A stretch of DNA of 64,000 bases, from contig CAWDOY010000047.1 of assembly GCA_963803975.1 (NCBI GenBank), forward strand, positions 160,001-224,000, given 5' to 3'. The DNA comes from an uncultured delta proteobacterium (GTDB lineage: Bacteria; Desulfobacterota; WTBG01; CAIYCZ01). The position numbers were made by a program, and so were the translations under genes. The notes under the pieces are model-generated. The model did not search any database and had not been told where the DNA came from. It saw only the letters and a list, made by a program, of their open reading frames with translations. Below are positions 22,392 to 32,300 of this stretch, piece by piece (within the stretch, counting starts at the first letter, position 1; each line of letters begins with the position of its first letter).

Positions 22392-23728
22392 CAAGCGTGT
22401 CCTAAACCTGGGTTGTAATTTCTTCAAAACACAAAATAAATCATTATGATAAATAGCGAAATTGGTTTTTTCGATTTGAAATTCTCTCTATACTCGTGCC
22501 ATTCCCTTAACCCAACAACCAATAAAGGAGTGGCATATGAATTCAGGCAAGACAATTTTTGCTCAGGTCATGGATTTTCTCCCAACCTACGAATTTAACA
22601 AATGTGTAAACCGCTATCACGGCAATTATCAGGTAAAAAGCTTTTCATGTTTAGATCAATTTCTCTGTATGGCTTTTGCCCAACTTACCTACAGAGAAAG
22701 TCTTCGCGATATTGAAGCATGTCTGCGTGCACGGCAGAATAAACTCTACCATATGGGAATCCACAGCACTATTTCAAAAAGCAATCTGGCCTATACTAAT
22801 GAACAGCGGGACTGGCGTATATATGCTGACTTTGCTCAAGTACTGATTCATCAGGCCAGAGCCTTATATAAAGACGATACGTTCGGCGTAGAACTTGATC
22901 AGACCGTGTATGCCCTTGATTCTACAACCATTGATCTATGCCTTTCGTTATTCCCGTGGGCGCGATTTCGCAAACACAAGGCTGCCATTAAATTGCATAC
23001 GCTCATGGATCTGCGGGGGAGCATCCCTTCATTCATCAAGATTACCGATGGCAAAGTCCATGATGTACATATGCTTGATGTTCTCATTCCCGAACCAGGT
23101 TCTTTTTATGTCGTTGATAGAGGGTATCTGGATTTTTCCCGGTTATACTCGCTGGCTCAATTACTGGCATTCTTTGTCATTCGTGCTAAACACAATCTCG
23201 CTGCCCGAAGAATTTATTCCCACCAGGTCGATAAAGCAGCCGGTCTTATCTGTGATCAAACGGTGATGCTCACGGGATACCAATCACTCAGAGACTACCC
23301 TGATAAGTTGCGCCGGGTTCGTTATTTCGATACCGAGAAAAATAAGCAGTTGATCTTTCTCACCAATTGTTTCTCTCTGCCAGCCCTCACCATTACCCTG
23401 CTTTATAAAAGCCGCTGGCAGATAGAATTATTCTTTAAATGGATCAAACAGCATCTGCGCATAAAATCATTTTATGGCACTTCTGAGAATGCGGTAAAAA
23501 CCCAGATATGGATCGCCATCTCAGTCTATGTGCTGATTGCCATTATTAGAAAACGACTCAAGATAGATATCAGTCTCTACACTTTTTTACAAATCCTGAG
23601 TGTCACGGTCTTTGAAAAAGCTCCTCTTATTCAATTGGTTGCAAACTTTGATTACAATAAAATCCAAGTTGTCAACAATGTCCCCGCTAACCAGTTGACT
23701 TTATTTGACTATTCTTAGGACGCTTTTG
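22392..23728 (+). mobile_element. Complete IS4-family insertion sequence
   Basis: 14-bp terminal IRs CAAGCGTGTCCTAA / TTAGGACGCTTTTG (11/14 match); 9-bp TSD AATCCAGGT at 22383-22391 and 23729-23737. Confidence 0.93.
22537..23718 (+). CDS. IS4-family DDE transposase (DUF4372 N-terminus)
   Basis: MNSGKTIFAQ, RESLRDIE, LDSTTIDL, DRGY, YKSRWQIELFFKWIKQHL. Confidence 0.95.
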   Translation: MNSGKTIFAQVMDFLPTYEFNKCVNRYHGNYQVKSFSCLDQFLCMAFAQLTYRESLRDIEACLRARQNKLYHMGIHSTISKSNLAYTNEQRDWRIYADFAQVLIHQARALYKDDTFGVELDQTVYALDSTTIDLCLSLFPWARFRKHKAAIKLHTLMDLRGSIPSFIKITDGKVHDVHMLDVLIPEPGSFYVVDRGYLDFSRLYSLAQLLAFFVIRAKHNLAARRIYSHQVDKAAGLICDQTVMLTGYQSLRDYPDKLRRVRYFDTEKNKQLIFLTNCFSLPALTITLLYKSRWQIELFFKWIKQHLRIKSFYGTSENAVKTQIWIAISVYVLIAIIRKRLKIDISLYTFLQILSVTVFEKAPLIQLVANFDYNKIQVVNNVPANQLTLFDYS

Positions 23729-23954
23729 AATCCAGGTAACATGCTAAGTCAAGCACGTCCTCTTTGCAGTTGTATCTTAAAAGCTAAAAAAATTCACTCG
23801 CGGGTCAAACGTCACTACGTTAAAACCCGACACTACCCCCTGGAGGTCCTCTGACAATGTCCCCCATTTTTTTTGGACACAAGGAATTTTTGTTGTTATA
23901 TAAGGGGCATGAAACAAAGCGGGCAAGAATTTTCCGTCGAGACAATACAATGGA

Positions 23955-25658
23955 GTAACTATTCAGCACATTGATCTTTGACATTCATAAATTCAGGCCA
24001 CTGTCCCTGAAACAGTAGACGCAAAGCTTGGGTCGCAGTAATTCCTTGTTTCCTACAAGTCGACAGATAGCTTCGGATTCGGCAGAAGATTTTTGCGCCG
24101 TCCATTGATCTAAAGCAACCTGATATCTTCTGTTGTACCTTGGTCATCCGCAGGTCATTTTCAGCCTGATTGTTTGAGAAAGGTACGTTGGTTTCAACCA
24201 TGAATCGCAATGTTTCTTTCTCGAAGTCTCGCAAGCGTTCCAGAAGATTTCTTGCTTTTGATCGTGCCGTTTTACCTTGTATCTTTTTCTGCTGTTTCAT
24301 CTGGTGGCGGGCATTCCTGTTCAGCTTCAAACAGCAGAACCCGGTAACGTTTTCTGTAATGTTCCGACGCTGCTGTTTCAAGGCGACCTCCTGCATCATG
24401 GGTGGCCTTGTTGATTTCCTTCAGAAGGACAATCATCTTCTCTGCCCACATTTGCTTGTCTTGCTCGAACACTCTTTCAAGCTCTCGCAGGTGATGGGCA
24501 TTGCAAAGCGCATGGGAGCTGCCGTATCTGAAGTAGGGTTTCCAATGATCGTGACAGATGGTGCCTTGGTACTTTGGCAGTATCCCCATCTCGTCTATCG
24601 CTTCACATCCTCGTTTGGCGTGGGGATAAAAGCAGGTAAAGCTGTCATTAGAGACATTATGCAGCCAACGTCTGATGCCACCGATATTGATACCGGTTTC
24701 GTCGCTATGAATGAGCGATGATACCACAAGCTGCTCTTTGACCCATGACTCAAAGAACTCAAGGCGATCAAAAGCATCCTTGTTTGAATTATAGATCGTT
24801 CCGGCACTGACCGGAATACCAATCTGATCCTGGAAGTGATCCTCGATGCGGTTGTACGGGATCAGCTGATACTGGGACATATAGACAGCGTTGACCTTGA
24901 CACCGATACCGTATTGCACCGGCCTGGTAACGTCTTTCGGAAAAGGAGCTACGTAGCGCTTGCCATTTTGATCTTCCAGTATCTCGGCCTGCCATTCGGT
25001 AACAAACATGCTGATATCCAGATCGACTACCTGGCGGCTCTCGTATCCAACTGGTCGATAGTTACCTGGTGGCAAGGTGCTTCTGTCAACCGGGATCACC
25101 TTGACCAGGTCCGGATCGGGAAACGGCTTCAATGTGGTTCCGATATGTCCATGCTGTCCACCTGGTTTGCGTACACCGGGTTCTTTCGGCCCTTTCTTTC
25201 GATTGGGATCAGATGACGGCGGCTTGCTGCTGTTCTTACTGTTGAGTCCCAAGCGGTTGGCTAAAATGGTAACAAGAAGCAGCAGCACTTCAAGACTGGC
25301 CTTTAGTGCCGGAGATAAATTCGTCTCGGAGGCAATCAGGTCGTTAACCCGTTTGATGGCTGCTTCTACGTTAATGTTCTCAACTGTCATTCAGATACCC
25401 GTGTTTTGTGATGAGCCACTATAACACAGGTTTTTGAGGGCCTATTTTTCGCGCCAGGCGGCCATATAAGGCGCTATTATATTTTACGTACGGACCGCTC
25501 TGTTATGGTGCTCTGCAATCACGACAGATGGCCCACAGAGCCTTCAAGAGTGGGTTACGAGAGAGGCTTCAAGGTGAGTCGATTTTTCAAAAATCGTCCA
25601 AAACCCCTGTCAAGAACTTTTTTCAAAGAACGCAAAATAAATTATACTGAATAGTTAC
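23955..25658 (-). mobile_element. IS66-family element (single-ORF type)
   Basis: Perfect 12-bp IRs GTAACTATTCAG (23955) and CTGAATAGTTAC (ending 25658); flanks do not form a TSD. Confidence 0.9.
23959..25390 (-). CDS. IS66-family transposase; indel near 24280
   Basis: NSKNSSKPPSSD, GGQHGH, HSDETG, CNAHHLREL, FSNNQAENDLRMTKVQQKISG. Confidence 0.93.
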
Positions 25659-25692
25659 AAAAAATGAATGTTAAAATACTTGAGGTGCCATT

Positions 25693-25911
25693 ATGACCAC
25701 CTATTCATGTTCAAAAGCTCAGCAAAACCTTGATATGATACTAAAAAAAGCTGACAAAGAAGGTGGTGTCAGGATAAAAACAACGGATGGAAAGTTTTTT
25801 ATTATAAAGCCGGAGGCCGGACTCCCATCACCTCTTGATGTGAAGGGGATTAACCTTGGATTAACAACAAGTGAAATTATCGACTTCATTCATGAAGGAA
25901 GAAAAAAATAA
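25693..25911 (+). CDS. Phd/YefM-like antitoxin (orphan)
   Basis: MTTYSCSKAQQNLDMIL...VRIK...SPLDVKGI pattern of small prevent-host-death family proteins. Confidence 0.7.
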   Translation: MTTYSCSKAQQNLDMILKKADKEGGVRIKTTDGKFFIIKPEAGLPSPLDVKGINLGLTTSEIIDFIHEGRKK

Positions 25912-26608
25912 TCACCTCCCGAAATGCATATCCATTGACCGCTCCACCCCGCCCTTTGCGCCGAACAGAACCTTCCATATGCCGACTCCCGGGTCATGGT
26001 CAACCAGTGTTTTCAGGTAGTCTTCAAAAACCTCCTGCGTTTTCTTCAAATCTTCCCCTGCCACCGGTTTTGCCCGGTCAACCATGTCGCAGAACAGGTT
26101 CAGGTATTCCTTCCACAGACTTACAGCCTGTTCTTCCAGTTCCTCCGGTATCACCACCTGGCAGGCTGCCTTTGAGAACACTTCCTGGATTTTATCCTGC
26201 CGCCGTTTCGTATATTTCAATTAATTCCGGATAGCGCTCCTGAACTTTCAGCATCTCTCCAAACAGGGCTGAATCATCGTGATGGGTTTTGCCGGTGCGG
26301 TGGATGTCCACAATGACCATCCTCTTTTTCCCGGTGCGCATAATTTCTCCCGCAAATACCGGCAGGTCAAGCTCCACCCGCGGCCGGATAAACATGGAGC
26401 GCACAGAAAAATAAACTGGCAGATCCGGCCGGATAAAGACGATGCGCAGCAGTTTGTCCGTGCTGAACACCTCGCCGTTTATGTTCATGAGCCCGAGTGC
26501 GCGAACCGGGCGCTCCGGGAACGGATGTTTTAATTTCACCGGCTCAAGCATATACCGCTTCCTCAGCTCTTCCTGCACAATAGAATGTATGTCCATTAAG
26601 CTCTTCAT
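25912..26608 (-). CDS. Ferredoxin-dependent bilin reductase/RCCR-fold protein; indel near 26220
   Basis: Joined product about 230 aa: PRVELDLPVFAGE, VDIH, EYLNLF, C-terminal DHDPG...LFG...F. Confidence 0.6.
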
Positions 26609-26815
26609 ACAACTAATCCTCCATGTTTAACAAAAAGCTTAAGTTCAGCGAGTGCGGGAGTTGAGGAGTTTAGGCGTTGAGAAACTCCAGCACCCGTAAC
26701 TCCTTAACTCTGAATCTCACAACTTTTGTGCATGTCAATCTTGTGAGGAATTAAAATTTTTGTATCCCTTTATTTATATGATATATTTTAAGAAAACAAA
26801 CCGTGCTGTAGAAGA

Positions 26816-27742
26816 ATGGGAAAACCTGTGGCGCAGTATATCATTGAAGCAGAAGGTCTGACAAAGAAATTTGACGGCTTTACGGCAGTTGACGGAATAA
26901 ATTTTCATGTCACTGCCGGCGAGTGCTTCGGCATCCTGGGGCCCAACGGTGCCGGAAAAACCACCACGGTGCGCATGGTGTACGGGTTCTCCCCCAAAAC
27001 CGCCGGAACGCTGAAAGTGTTCGGCCTCGACATTGAGAAGGACTGGCGAAGCATTAAGTCGCGCATCGGCGTATGCCAGCAGGAAAACAGTCTTGACCCG
27101 GATCTCTCCGTGGAACAGAACCTGCTGGTATTTGCCCGCTATTTTGATATCCCCTCCGGCAGGGCACGCGAAAAGGCGCAGCAGCTTCTTCAGTTCATCT
27201 CCCTTGATAACCGCCGGGGTGCAAAAGTAACCGAGCTTTCCGGCGGCATGATGCGCAGGATGATTCTGGCGCGCTCCCTTATCAATGACCCCGAGCTTTT
27301 AATCCTTGATGAACCCACCACCGGCCTTGACCCCCAGGCCCGCCACCAGCTCTGGCAGCGGCTTGAGGAGCTGAAAGCAGGCGGCCTCACCATTTTACTG
27401 ACCACCCACTACATGGATGAGGCCTCCCGGCTCTGTGACCGGCTGGTAATCATGCACCAGGGGAAAATCCTTGTTGAAGGAAAGCCCGCTGATTTAATCC
27501 GGGAACATGTCGGCCACAATGTCATAGAGGTCGATGACCCGGCAGAGAACTTAAGGGCATTTGTTAAATCGCAGAGCCTTGAATGTGAAGACCTGGGCCA
27601 CCGCCTGATAATCTATGGCCAGGGCAGAGATGATCTGTTCCATGAAATCGGCGACCGCTTTTGCACGGGAGGCTGCATACTGCGCATGGCAACCCTTGAG
27701 GATGTATTTCTCAAGCTGACCGGAAGGGAGCTTAAGGAATGA
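26816..27742 (+). CDS. ABC exporter ATP-binding subunit (NodI/DrrA-like)
   Basis: GPNGAGKT, LSGGM, LILDEPTTGLDP, TTHYM. Confidence 0.95.
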   Translation: MGKPVAQYIIEAEGLTKKFDGFTAVDGINFHVTAGECFGILGPNGAGKTTTVRMVYGFSPKTAGTLKVFGLDIEKDWRSIKSRIGVCQQENSLDPDLSVEQNLLVFARYFDIPSGRAREKAQQLLQFISLDNRRGAKVTELSGGMMRRMILARSLINDPELLILDEPTTGLDPQARHQLWQRLEELKAGGLTILLTTHYMDEASRLCDRLVIMHQGKILVEGKPADLIREHVGHNVIEVDDPAENLRAFVKSQSLECEDLGHRLIIYGQGRDDLFHEIGDRFCTGGCILRMATLEDVFLKLTGRELKE

Positions 27743-28593
27743 ACAACCTGTTATCCGTGAGCATCTCAAAGCGCTTCTGGCGCGTCTGGCAGCGAAACTT
27801 TACCGTGTACCAGAAGATATGGAAAATCAGCTTTATCCCGCCGCTGTTTGAGCCGCTCTTCTATCTGCTTGCCTTTGGCATCGGCCTGGGCGCCCTGGTA
27901 GGTAAAATCTCCTATCATGGCGCGCCGGTTTCCTATATTGCTTTCTTAGCCCCTGCGCTCATTGCAGTAAATATTATGAACAATGCCTTCTTTGAAAACA
28001 CCTACGCATCATTTGTGCGCATGTACCATCAGAAAACCTTTGACGCTATGCTGGCAACCCCGCTGTCAATTGATGAGATCATCACCGGCGAGATAATCTG
28101 GGGCGCGACAAAATCGGTAATCGCCACCGCTATCATGCTGACCGTAATCAGCCTGTTCGGACTCATTCATTACCCTTCCGGCCTCCTGATACTACCGCTT
28201 GCCTTTCTCGGCGGCATCGCCTTTGGCGCCATCGGCATGTATTTCACCGGCATCACACCGACCATTGATATGTTTAACCTGCCGATATTTCTTTTTGTCA
28301 CACCCATGTTTCTTTTCAGCGGAACATTTTTCCCGGCTGAAAATCTGCCCGCATGGGCGCAGGCCATGGCCCTTATCTTCCCGCTCACCCACCTGGTCAC
28401 GCTGGTGCGCGCGCTCAGCCTCGGGTCGATTACTGCTCATCTGCTGTGGAGCGTTATGTACCTTGTTATCTTCTGCCTGGTCTTCTTCCCGCTCGCCCTC
28501 ATAAAAATGCGCCGGACGACTTATCAAGTAATAGCCCATAATATTTATATGTTCCGGCTATTGCCTGTACCTGAAACCCACCACCTTGTCTAA
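27739..28593 (+). CDS. ABC-2 type permease (NodJ-like); true stop probably near 28535
   Basis: EPLFYL, PMFLFSGTFFP, PLTH; ATGA overlap with the ATPase gene. Confidence 0.92.
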   Translation: MNNLLSVSISKRFWRVWQRNFTVYQKIWKISFIPPLFEPLFYLLAFGIGLGALVGKISYHGAPVSYIAFLAPALIAVNIMNNAFFENTYASFVRMYHQKTFDAMLATPLSIDEIITGEIIWGATKSVIATAIMLTVISLFGLIHYPSGLLILPLAFLGGIAFGAIGMYFTGITPTIDMFNLPIFLFVTPMFLFSGTFFPAENLPAWAQAMALIFPLTHLVTLVRALSLGSITAHLLWSVMYLVIFCLVFFPLALIKMRRTTYQVIAHNIYMFRLLPVPETHHLV

Positions 28594-28748
28594 AATTGAA
28601 GACATCACATAACTACCTCACAACTCCTCACATTTTCTTTTTTCAATAATTTCCCTGAAGCAAAACAAAACTGCTCACTTCCTGCCGATGAAATCTTTAA
28701 AACAAAAATAGCAAACCAATTCAGCCGGTTAATTCATAGCGGCAATAC

Positions 28749-28763
28749 TGGCACAGGACTTGC
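28749..28763 (+). promoter_or_regulatory. Sigma-54 promoter (-24/-12)
   Basis: TGGCAC-AGGAC-TTGC, an exact match to TGGCAC-N5-TTGC, 115 bp upstream of the 28878 ORF. Confidence 0.8.
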
Positions 28764-28877
28764 GATAGTGCTTCAGCAAATAACGCGCGTTACACAAAGA
28801 GCATCCCGGACAAACAGGTTTTAAAGTCGGGAATAACAAACACAGGCAAACACAACAAATCAGAGGAGGAAAAGACC

Positions 28878-29192
28878 ATGTTAAAAAGATTCTTGAGCAT
28901 CTCATTACTGCTGGCAGTTATTGCCGCGTTCACCATCCCGGCATTTGCCGAAGAAACACCTGCAGCGGCGCCGGCTCCTGAAAAACAGGTCGCTGCCGAG
29001 AAAAGCATAGTAAAAGGCACAATAGAAGCGCTGGATACCAAAGAGAAGAAAATCACCATTGACGGAACCGTCTATACCCTTGGCCGCCGGGCTGCCAAAG
29101 CTGACGTTAAAGTTGGCGATGTGGTGGAAGCAACGGTAAAGGATGGCAAGGTGAAGTCAATTGCCAAGGCACCGGCAACGGCTAAAGAGTGA
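28878..29192 (+). CDS. Small exported beta-barrel (DUF5666/OB-like) protein
   Basis: Signal peptide AFA-E; VKGTIEALD...ITIDG...VKVGDVVEAT; SD GAGGAGG. Confidence 0.75.
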   Translation: MLKRFLSISLLLAVIAAFTIPAFAEETPAAAPAPEKQVAAEKSIVKGTIEALDTKEKKITIDGTVYTLGRRAAKADVKVGDVVEATVKDGKVKSIAKAPATAKE

Positions 29193-29460
29193 GTATGCTG
29201 TCATGTAAAAGATTCCCCTCGCAGGAAGAACCCTGCGGGGGGTGAACAAATGCTGCACCGGCAGTTCGCACAAAAACATCTGATAGTCGGTGGCAGATAC
29301 AACAATAAACCAGGGGAGAATGAGCCATGCGGTCAACACATATAAAACCGGATGAAATAATCTCATTGCTTAAACACCGTCGTCTGTTGCTGCTGGCATG
29401 CTTTCTCAGATTAATAAAAGTGCGTTATACGGTAGAACAAGCGAAAGGAGGTGAGATACG

Positions 29461-29688
29461 ATGAAAAATATTCTGTCAATACTCGTGGCCATGCTGTTTG
29501 CATGCTCCCTGTCAGGCGTGAGTTTCGCGACCGAACCGGCAGCTCCCGTACCGGAACAGCCTAAGATTGAGGAAAAAGCTCCGGCTGTTGATGAAGTAAA
29601 GGAGGCGGTGGAAAAAAAGGTCGAGCAAAAAGTGGAGCAGGCGACTGAAACAAAGCAGGAAGCCGAGCAGGTCCCGGCTGCCAAGTAA
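29461..29688 (+). CDS. Small exported Glu/Lys/Ala-rich protein
   Basis: SD AAGGAGGT, signal peptide SFA-T, low-complexity body. Confidence 0.75.
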   Translation: MKNILSILVAMLFACSLSGVSFATEPAAPVPEQPKIEEKAPAVDEVKEAVEKKVEQKVEQATETKQEAEQVPAAK

Positions 29689-29716
29689 TCGCTTTGCCTT
29701 TCAGGATACGGTTAGT

Positions 29717-29760
29717 ACCAGAGGCACTGGATGGTATACCCAGTGCCTCTGGTTTTATTT
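29717..29760. terminator. Terminator hairpin between convergent genes
   Basis: ACCAGAGGCACTGG / CCAGTGCCTCTGGT 14-bp stem followed by a T-rich tract. Confidence 0.8.
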
Positions 29761-29781
29761 TATTTCATGGCAGGTTATGCG

Positions 29782-29988
29782 TTATGCACCAGCCTTCTTG
29801 CCTTCTTTTGCTTTTTTTTCTTTACCCTTGGTAATTGCCGTGTTAGGGCACACCCGTGCGCAGGCACCGCACTCAACGCAGGTGTCGGTAATTTTATAGT
29901 ACCAGTCATATTCAACTATAGATTTGGTGGGGCAGATCTCCCAGCAGGTCCCGCAGATAACACAGTCTTCAGTTATAAAGTAAGCCAT
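29782..29988 (-). CDS. 2x[4Fe-4S] ferredoxin
   Basis: CVICGTCWEICP and CVECGACARVCP. Confidence 0.93.
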   Translation of the reverse strand: MAYFITEDCVICGTCWEICPTKSIVEYDWYYKITDTCVECGACARVCPNTAITKGKEKKAKEGKKAGA

Positions 29989-30003
29989 ACGCTTCTCCTT
30001 TCA

Positions 30004-30690
30004 TTAATCCAGGACATGACCGCTTGATATGTTTTCAATGTTCTCAACTATGAGCGGCAGCAGGTCATAGTGAATATTACAGAACATTTCTCCGGGCTCA
30101 AGATGCATGAGGAACCGTGACGGCGGATCTCCAAGGGTATGGGACATGGTCTTTGCTTTGTGGACAACGGGAAATGACTGGGTACACCAGGCAGTTCCCT
30201 GGAGTCCGTGCACCAGCTCGCCGGTCTTCCATGTATACACTTTGCACAAACGCATAATGCGGTTGGCATCCGCCACGATCATAACCTGGTCGGGATTTTC
30301 AACGTCTTCCAGTTTCCCGATTATGAGGTACTTGTAATGTTTATAATGGTGGGGTATCTGCTGGTTAACCCTTCGCATTACCTGCCGGTCGGCATAGGCT
30401 TTATTCTTGCCGAGCGATGTTGACATGCCGGCATCAAAATCTTCTTTCGTCATTTTCTTATTCCCGATTCCTGCGTATACGGCACCGCCGCACAATACAT
30501 TCTTATTGGTGATATAGAAACTCTTCCGTCCCTCCCAGATTTCCGCAACAATGGCACACATAAATGAAACATCATCGCCATAGTATTCAAACCCTGCCGG
30601 AACCTCATCACACAGCTTGAAGGCTATGATATCCCGCTCATATCCTTCGAGCTCTTTTAACTTTTTCGCGTACTCCTTGTTTTTACTCAT
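30004..30690 (-). CDS. DUF169-like protein
   Basis: About 230 aa with spaced Cys (FMC, LCGGAVYAG, AWC), PDQV and EM motifs; adjacent to a ferredoxin. Confidence 0.7.
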   Translation of the reverse strand: MSKNKEYAKKLKELEGYERDIIAFKLCDEVPAGFEYYGDDVSFMCAIVAEIWEGRKSFYITNKNVLCGGAVYAGIGNKKMTKEDFDAGMSTSLGKNKAYADRQVMRRVNQQIPHHYKHYKYLIIGKLEDVENPDQVMIVADANRIMRLCKVYTWKTGELVHGLQGTAWCTQSFPVVHKAKTMSHTLGDPPSRFLMHLEPGEMFCNIHYDLLPLIVENIENISSGHVLD

Positions 30691-31209
30691 TGATTCCTCC
30701 TGAAAGTAGGTAATGTAGAACCGGTTATTGACCGCATCATCCCTCGTGGTAGAATATTTTTTCTCTTTTATGTTAATAGTATATTACCTGATACCGTGCA
30801 ATAAAAATATTTTTCACTTATGAGCACCGGTGCGTTATCCATTTCGCTCTATTATAAAAATATTTTTTATCCATTTCACATGGTTGAAGATAATCCCTGT
30901 GATTGAAAAGAGAAAAACAGTATAGCCATCTAATTTTACTGCCATAAAATTACTTCACCGCAATCATGCACCATCCGCTTATAAAATGTATCGCTAATTT
31001 TGATTTTTAAAAACTGCTTCTCTATCAGAATGCCTTTCATTTTTTTTATTTAAAAATATCTCTTGACTTGATATTGCAATCTATCTATTTATGGAACGCA
31101 TTCAAAAAGAAAATTTTGCAAAAAAACTAAGGCGACCAGCTTCTCTGTTCCTCTCTTTCTTTTTTATACTAAAAGAATTGTCAGCATCATAGCCAGCGGC
31201 ACTGAAGCG

Positions 31210-32300
31210 TTGCAGACTACTGTTCCATACATGTTAACATCTTGCGCTGATTCGTCACGTATGCAAACCGTTCAGGAACAACTGCTCGAAACCATAGACT
31301 ACTTTCCCACGCTGTGCCTGAGCCAGTATTTAAAAAAGATATACCAGCAGGCAAAAAAAATATCTTCCCGGGGGAATGCACCTATCCTCATCACCGGCGA
31401 AAAGGGAACCGGCAAGGAATTTCTCGCCAAGAACATCCATTATATATCCTCTTCGCTCCAGCACCCTTTTTTCATTATGAACTGCTCCCACCTGGCACTT
31501 GATCATTTTGAAAAAAAGCTGGAGCAGTACCTTTCCGCACTGCCCCATACGCCTGATGCTGCAATCCTCATCAGGAAGCAGCCCGCTGAAAAATGGGCGG
31601 AACCATATTTCTGCGCGATGTGGGCAAGCTGGATAGTCACATTCAGGGTAAAGTATTCGATGTGCTAAAAGAAAACTGCGGCAGAGCGCTGCGCTCATCA
31701 GCGTCTTCCCATCCATCCATTCATCTCATTTTCTCCTTTTGCCAGAATAGTGAAAAGCCGGAGGAGAATGCCCCGTGCAAAGAATCCCTGCAGAACATAT
31801 TCCGCCCGGACACGCTCAATCTTATACCGCTGCGCGAGCGATTGGAGGATATGCAGCCCCTTGCTTCATTTTTTATTGACCGGTTCAGCAAAGAGTATGG
31901 GAAGGACATCGGCGGGATACACAGCGAAGCGCTCGGTCTGCTGAAATCCTATGCATGGCCCTGCAATGTAAGCGAGCTGAAAAATGTCATGGAGAACGCG
32001 GTGCTGCTTGCGCAGGGCCCCCTGATAACAAAAAATGACATCCGCTTCAACATTTCCAAAAAGTCAATCACCCTGGAAAGCTTTTTCAGCCAGGAAGATT
32101 TTTTTGCCCTGGAAGAAATAGAGCGCATCTACATCCAGACGGTTTTGCGCAGAGTAAAGAACAATAAGAGTAAAGCGGCAAAAATTCTGGGCATTACCCG
32201 GAATACCCTGCAGAATCGCGTTGACTCGTTCACCAAACCTGCTGCAAAAAGCAAGGCCGGGAAAAAATCACACCAGCAAACACTTCCGTTTCCCGGCTAG
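31210..32300 (+). CDS. Degenerate NtrC-type (sigma-54 AAA plus Fis HTH) regulator; indel near 31590
   Basis: PILITGEKGTGKE, IPLRERLED, YAWPCNVSELKN, KSKAAKILGITRNTL; no GAFTGA. Confidence 0.8.
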
